A stretch of 41,758 nt of DNA from Ilumatobacteraceae bacterium (lineage in GTDB: Bacteria > Actinomycetota > Acidimicrobiia > Acidimicrobiales > Ilumatobacteraceae): positions 1 to 41,758 of the forward strand of contig JAYVVY010000140.1 of assembly GCA_043786575.1 (NCBI GenBank). Reading direction: 5' to 3'. Position numbers and translations under genes: made by a program. Shown here one piece after another: positions 36,808 through 41,758 of the stretch (the stretch's first letter is position 1; each line of letters starts with the position of its first letter). Below the pieces are notes generated by a model, which saw only the letters and a program-made list of their open reading frames with translations, searched no databases and was not told where the DNA came from.

Positions 36808-38028
36808 ATGTGCGTGGACCTCATCGTGATCGGCGGCGGCGCCGCCGGATTCTTCGGTGCGATCACCTGCGCAGAGCGTTCGACGAAGTCAGTGTTGATC
36901 CTCGAGAAGACGTCGCAAGTGTTGCAGAAGGTGAAGATCTCCGGCGGCGGTCGGTGCAACGTCACACACGATTGTGTCGACCCGCGCGAGCTCAGCAAGC
37001 ACTACCCGCGAGGCGACAAGGCCTTGATCGGCCCATTCCACCGCTTTGGTGCGGCCGACACCATCGAATGGTTTGCCAGCCGGAATGTCATGCTGAAGAC
37101 CGAAGCGGATGGCCGGATGTTTCCCGAGACCAATGATTCCCAAACGATTGTCGACGTCCTCGTGGAGGCAGCACATCGCGCCGGGGTCAGAGTCCGCACG
37201 TCGGAGGGAGTGATCTCCGTGGAAAAGCACGGCGACCGGTTCGACGTCCTCACTGACGTCGGAAACTCCTACACCGCCGCGAACGTGCTCCTGGCGACTG
37301 GCGGCACTCGCCTCGCCGCAGGCGCGAGGATCGCTACGAGCCTCGGCCACGAGTTGGCACCCGCGACGCCATCGCTCTTCACGTTCAGGATCGCAGATCC
37401 GCGGCTCACCGATCTCCTCGGAGTAGCGGTTCGGTCTGCTGACGTCAGCGTCCACCAGAGTCAGCTGCGCAGCAGCGGGCCGGTTCTGATCACCCACTGG
37501 GGCCTGAGTGGGCCCGGGATCCTGAAGATCTCTTCGTGGGGTGCGCGGGAACTGGCTGCCCGCGGCTATCGCTTCGACATCTCGGTGAACTGGCTGCCCG
37601 ATGTCGACGCGGCTTCGGTACTCGCCGAGAAATGGCTGAGCGAGGGCAGGCGCCAACTGTCCAGCCGCAGCCCGTTCGAGGCAATTCCCAGGCGATTGTG
37701 GCGCCGTCTGCTGACGGCCGCAGATGTGGCTGATGACCTGACGTGGGCTCAGCTCAGCAAGGCTCAGGCCTCCAGACTGTGCAACGAACTGACGAACTCC
37801 GCCTTCGGCGTGGTTGGCAAGGCCACCAACAAAGACGAGTTCGTCACGTGTGGGGGCGTCGCTCTCACGGAGATCGACTTCCAGTCGATGGGAAGCAAAC
37901 TCGTGGACGGCCTCTACTTTGCCGGCGAGGTCATCGACGTCGACGGCGTCACCGGCGGCTTCAACTTCCAAAACGCATGGACCACCGGTTATCACGCGGG
38001 GGCACACATCGCCGAGCGTCCCACCTGA
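36808..38028 (+). CDS. HI0933/BaiN-like NAD(P)/FAD-dependent oxidoreductase (aminoacetone-oxidase family flavoprotein)
   Basis: 406 aa with Rossmann motif DLIVIGGGAAGFFGA, KISGGGRCNVTH and the C-terminal LYFAGEVIDVDGVTGGFNFQNAWTTG. Confidence 0.88.
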   Translation: MCVDLIVIGGGAAGFFGAITCAERSTKSVLILEKTSQVLQKVKISGGGRCNVTHDCVDPRELSKHYPRGDKALIGPFHRFGAADTIEWFASRNVMLKTEADGRMFPETNDSQTIVDVLVEAAHRAGVRVRTSEGVISVEKHGDRFDVLTDVGNSYTAANVLLATGGTRLAAGARIATSLGHELAPATPSLFTFRIADPRLTDLLGVAVRSADVSVHQSQLRSSGPVLITHWGLSGPGILKISSWGARELAARGYRFDISVNWLPDVDAASVLAEKWLSEGRRQLSSRSPFEAIPRRLWRRLLTAADVADDLTWAQLSKAQASRLCNELTNSAFGVVGKATNKDEFVTCGGVALTEIDFQSMGSKLVDGLYFAGEVIDVDGVTGGFNFQNAWTTGYHAGAHIAERPT

Positions 38029-38039
38029 AACGACGTGCT

Positions 38040-38091
38040 CGGACGCTCCCTGCGATGGTCAGGCGGACAGCGAGCCGGGGGCTTCGGCGAT
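38040..38091. repeat. direct repeat DR2 (vapC stop region and downstream flank)
   Basis: See DR1. Confidence 0.65.
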
Positions 38092-38508
38092 GCCGGCGGC
38101 AACGGCCAGCGGCGTGAGGTCGCGATCATGATGGAGGAGCGCGTGGCCTGATCGAGCTGCCATGGCCGCAATGAGGCAGTCGAGTAAGCCTCGCGGAGTC
38201 ACGCCGATCGCTCGGCAGCGTTGGTACAGATCAGTGGCGGCTTCGAAGTCGTCGCGAGGGTGCACGAGTTCGATGTCCAACCCCTCGAGCAGCCGACGCA
38301 ATTCGCGTGTTTCGGCGTTGGACCGCGCTCCCACAAGAAGCTCGGCTTTCACTGGCTCCAAGAGAACAACGTCGTCGGTCGACACCGCCGCTCGCAGAGC
38401 AAGATGAGCCGGCGAGCCTGTACCGCGCAGATACTCGACCCACGCGGAAGTATCAGCGACCAGCACGCGTGTCTCGGATCTGCCCATCCGGGTGGTTGAA
38501 GTCTTCAT
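38059..38508 (-). CDS. vapC: VapC family PIN-domain ribonuclease toxin
   Basis: PIN pattern [13 protein letters not shown] ... LLEPVKAELL ... DCLIAAMA ... LLHHDRDL. The start is uncertain (ATG 38508, ATG 38487 or GTG 38466). All three overlap the vapB 3-prime end. Confidence 0.85.
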   Translation of the reverse strand: MKTSTTRMGRSETRVLVADTSAWVEYLRGTGSPAHLALRAAVSTDDVVLLEPVKAELLVGARSNAETRELRRLLEGLDIELVHPRDDFEAATDLYQRCRAIGVTPRGLLDCLIAAMAARSGHALLHHDRDLTPLAVAAGIAEAPGSLSA

Positions 38509-38680
38509 CCGGACGGTCGGCCCAGAAGCCCTGCATGCCGAGCTGCTCTTCGACAGTCATCGGCACGATCGCCAGTTTGCGAAGTGCAAGGTTGATGGCG
38601 TCGCGCTTGGATTCCAGCTGGTACATGCGCATCACTCGTTCGCAGGCCTCGTCGTCGATATCTACGTTGGTGCGTGACAT
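38453..38680 (-). CDS. vapB: VapB family antitoxin (Rv0623-like / PSK-type)
   Basis: Start at ATG 38680: [37 protein letters not shown]..., the characteristic MRTNIDIDDEL-type N-terminus. The ORF-track start at 38947 is a shadow extension across the kbl start. Confidence 0.82.
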   Translation of the reverse strand: MSRTNVDIDDEACERVMRMYQLESKRDAINLALRKLAIVPMTVEEQLGMQGFWADRPDEDFNHPDGQIRDTRAGR

Positions 38681-38700
38681 ACACCTACGATACACCAGCT

Positions 38701-38712
38701 GCCACCGGTGGC
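38701..38712. promoter_or_regulatory. perfect 12-nt palindrome GCCACCGGTGGC in the vapB-kbl divergent intergenic region; candidate VapB(C) operator
   Basis: Seen directly, 21 nt upstream of the vapB start. The function is inferred from TA autoregulation in general. Confidence 0.3.
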
Positions 38713-38749
38713 GGTCACGACTTCTGCGTGGCTCGTCTATGGTCCGTCC

Positions 38750-39940
38750 ATGCGCACTGAATTGCTTGCGGACCTTGCTCAGCGTGCCTCGGGGCTGGTC
38801 GACCAGGGTTTGTTCAAGTCGGAGCGGGTGATTGCGTCGCCGCAGTCGGCGCACGTCACACTCGCCGATGGCGCCGCCGTGCTGAACCTGTGCGCCAACA
38901 ACTACCTCGGCCTTGCGGACCACCCGGCCCTGGTGGAGGCGGCACACGCTGGGCTGGACGCGTACGGATACGGCATGGCTTCAGTGCGGTTTATCTGCGG
39001 CACGCAGACGGTGCATAAGGAGCTGGAAGCCGCGCTCAGCGCATTCCTCGGTACCGACGACACCATCCTCTACTCGTCGTGCTTCGATGCCAACGGTGGG
39101 CTCTTCGAAACCATCCTCGACGACCAGGATTGTGTGATCAGCGACAGCCTGAATCACGCGTCGATCATCGATGGCATCCGGCTGTGTAAGGCGCAGCGCC
39201 TGCGCTATTACAACAACGACATGACGCAGTTGGAGCAGTGCCTTGTCGACGCTGCAAACGCTCGCTACCGCCTGATCGCGACCGACGGTGTGTTCTCGAT
39301 GGACGGCGTCATCGCCAACCTGTCCGCCATCTGCGACCTCGCCGAGAAGTACGACGCGATGGTGATGGTCGACGATTCACACGCGGTTGGGTTCGTCGGC
39401 GCGACCGGTCGTGGCTCGCACGAGTATTGCGAGGTGATGGGCCGCGTCGACATCATCACCGGCACGTTGGGCAAGGCGCTCGGTGGCGCGAGTGGCGGCT
39501 ACACCAGCGGCCGGCGCGAAGTCATCGACTGGCTTCGTCAACGCTCGCGGCCGTACCTGTTCAGCAACTCGCTGGCACCGGCCATCACTGCGGCGACGGT
39601 GCGCGCGCTGGCACTGCTGCAGGAGTCCACCGAGCTGCAGTGGCAGCTGCAGCGCAACGCCGAACGATTTCGTGAGGCCATGCAAGCAGCCGGCTTCACG
39701 CTCGCTGGCGCCGGACACCCCATCATCCCAGTCATGCTGGGCGACGCGAAGGTTGCTGGGGAGATGGCGCATCGGTTGCTCGCCGAAGGTATCTACGTGA
39801 CGGCGTTCAGCTTCCCTGTGGTCCCCAACGGCAAAGCCCGAATTCGCACGCAAATGTCTGCGGCGCACACCGACGAGGACATCGACACAGCGGTGGCGGC
39901 GTTCACGAAAGTCGGGCGGGACATGGGAGTGCTGTCGTGA
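38750..39940 (+). CDS. kbl: glycine C-acetyltransferase (2-amino-3-ketobutyrate CoA ligase)
   Basis: Start at ATG 38750 (MRTELLADL...). Motifs: [32 protein letters not shown] and the PLP-lysine region [15 protein letters not shown]. Confidence 0.93.
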   Translation: MRTELLADLAQRASGLVDQGLFKSERVIASPQSAHVTLADGAAVLNLCANNYLGLADHPALVEAAHAGLDAYGYGMASVRFICGTQTVHKELEAALSAFLGTDDTILYSSCFDANGGLFETILDDQDCVISDSLNHASIIDGIRLCKAQRLRYYNNDMTQLEQCLVDAANARYRLIATDGVFSMDGVIANLSAICDLAEKYDAMVMVDDSHAVGFVGATGRGSHEYCEVMGRVDIITGTLGKALGGASGGYTSGRREVIDWLRQRSRPYLFSNSLAPAITAATVRALALLQESTELQWQLQRNAERFREAMQAAGFTLAGAGHPIIPVMLGDAKVAGEMAHRLLAEGIYVTAFSFPVVPNGKARIRTQMSAAHTDEDIDTAVAAFTKVGRDMGVLS

Positions 39941-40959
39941 GGGCATTGGTGAAGGCGCATGCGGAACCGGGATTGTGGATGCAGGACGTCCCCGTGCCGG
40001 TACCCGGCGACGGGGAGGTGCTGATCCGGGTACGCAAGACCAGCATCTGCGGCACCGACTTGCATATCTTCCACTGGGACGCCTGGGCACAGTCGACCAT
40101 CCCTGTGCCGATGGTGGTGGGCCACGAGTTCATGGGCGAAATCGCTGCATTCGGTGCCGGTGTGAAGGGGATGGAGGTCGGGCAGCGCGTTGCTGGCGAA
40201 GGACATGTCACTTGCGGCCACTGCCGTAACTGCAAGGGCGGCCGGCGCGAGTTCTGCCACAACCACACCGGGGTTGGCGTCACCCGGCCGGGCGCGTTCG
40301 CGGAGTACATCGTGATCCCCGCCCAGAACGTGTTCGTCGTGCCGGCGCACATCAGCGACGACGTTGCCGCCGTACTCGACCCGCTCGGTAACGCCACCCA
40401 CACCGCCTTGCGTTTCGACATGGTCGGCGAAGACGTGCTGATCACCGGCGCTGGCCCGATTGGAGTGCTGGCTGCGGCCATCGCACGACACATTGGGGCC
40501 CGACACATCGTGGTCACCGATGTCAATCCGTACCGCCTGGAGATGGCCGCCGCGCACGGCGCCACGCGCACCGTCGATGTCGCTCGGGAGCAGCTCGGCC
40601 CGGTGATGGAGGAGCTGGGGATGGCCGAAGGGTTCGACGTTGGTCTGGAGATGAGCGGGGCTGAAGCAGCGTTCAACCAGATGCTCGATTCGATGAACCA
40701 CGGTGGCCGCATCGCGGTGCTCGGCATTCCGGCTGGGCCGATGACGCTGGACGTCAACGACGTGATCTTCAAGGGCCTCAACATCCAGGGGATCTACGGG
40801 CGACGCATCTTCGAGACCTGGTACAAGATGTCGGCGATGCTGCAGAGCGGGCTGGATGTCAGCGGCATCGTGACGCATCGCCTGCCCGCAGCCGATTTCG
40901 AGGAAGCGTTCGCAATCGTGCATCGCGGCGAGTGCGGCAAAGTCATCCTCGATTGGTAG
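39937..40959 (+). CDS. tdh: L-threonine 3-dehydrogenase (zinc MDR family)
   Basis: GTGA overlap with kbl. Motifs: [31 protein letters not shown] and GAGPIGVLA. Confidence 0.93.
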   Translation: MRALVKAHAEPGLWMQDVPVPVPGDGEVLIRVRKTSICGTDLHIFHWDAWAQSTIPVPMVVGHEFMGEIAAFGAGVKGMEVGQRVAGEGHVTCGHCRNCKGGRREFCHNHTGVGVTRPGAFAEYIVIPAQNVFVVPAHISDDVAAVLDPLGNATHTALRFDMVGEDVLITGAGPIGVLAAAIARHIGARHIVVTDVNPYRLEMAAAHGATRTVDVAREQLGPVMEELGMAEGFDVGLEMSGAEAAFNQMLDSMNHGGRIAVLGIPAGPMTLDVNDVIFKGLNIQGIYGRRIFETWYKMSAMLQSGLDVSGIVTHRLPAADFEEAFAIVHRGECGKVILDW

Positions 40960-40974
40960 TGATGCTCGGCAGAA

Positions 40975-40995
40975 GTTGAGTCTATATGACTCAGG
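40975..40995. promoter_or_regulatory. HAIR-like inverted repeat (HspR operator) gTTGAGT-ctatatg-ACTCAgg
   Basis: 12 of 14 positions match the consensus CTTGAGT-N7-ACTCAAG. It lies 108 nt upstream of the dnaK ATG. Confidence 0.6.
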
Positions 40996-41039
40996 TTTTC
41001 TGATGTTTAGGTTGTGGGTAGTACGGGAAGACTCATAGG

Positions 41040-41060
41040 CTTGCGTGTAGTTCGCTCAAC
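41040..41060. promoter_or_regulatory. second, weaker HAIR-like repeat CTTGcGT-gtagttc-gCTCAAc
   Basis: 11 of 14 positions match the HAIR consensus. It lies 43 nt upstream of the dnaK ATG. Confidence 0.45.
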
Positions 41061-41090
41061 ATCCCTAGAACACCCCCAGAATCCATTTGA

Positions 41091-41758
<668 letters not shown>

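Overview
This is a high-GC, actinobacterial-type chromosomal segment. The HspR/HAIR-like dnaK leader, the Mak-like kinase, the Rv0338c-like Fe-S reductase and the LAL regulator all point that way. I support about 39 protein-coding genes. I saw no rRNA, tRNA or CRISPR array.

Most of the window is core metabolism and transport:
- pepA-abgT-CPBP protease
- a CDF transporter
- a TM-pseudokinase-flippase-like fusion protein
- an FtsX-type ABC system with two ATPase genes
- an SLC13 permease and a ThrE exporter
- a membrane Fe-S reductase
- gpmI, kbl-tdh and dnaK

The most unusual part is a 2.2-kb accessory islet at about 26.5-28.7 kb. It is delimited by three copies of a ~75-80 nt structured repeat that I cannot assign to any known family.
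- Two direct copies bracket a compact HNH / mazE-mazF / grpB block, with grpB translationally coupled to mazF.
- Two inverted copies bracket a 149-aa orphan ORF wedged between the convergent genes grpB and gpmI.

Other points worth a second look:
- a bacterial eRF1-like (baeRF-type) gene co-oriented with thrE and divergent from a LAL/STAND regulator
- a GT1 / Mak-like sugar kinase / SIS / M14 peptidase cluster
- a gene frameshifted at a T4 run
- a duplicated vapC 3-prime end flanking an oxidoreductase gene
- two HAIR-like operators upstream of dnaK

All homology statements come from motif recognition by eye. No database search was run.
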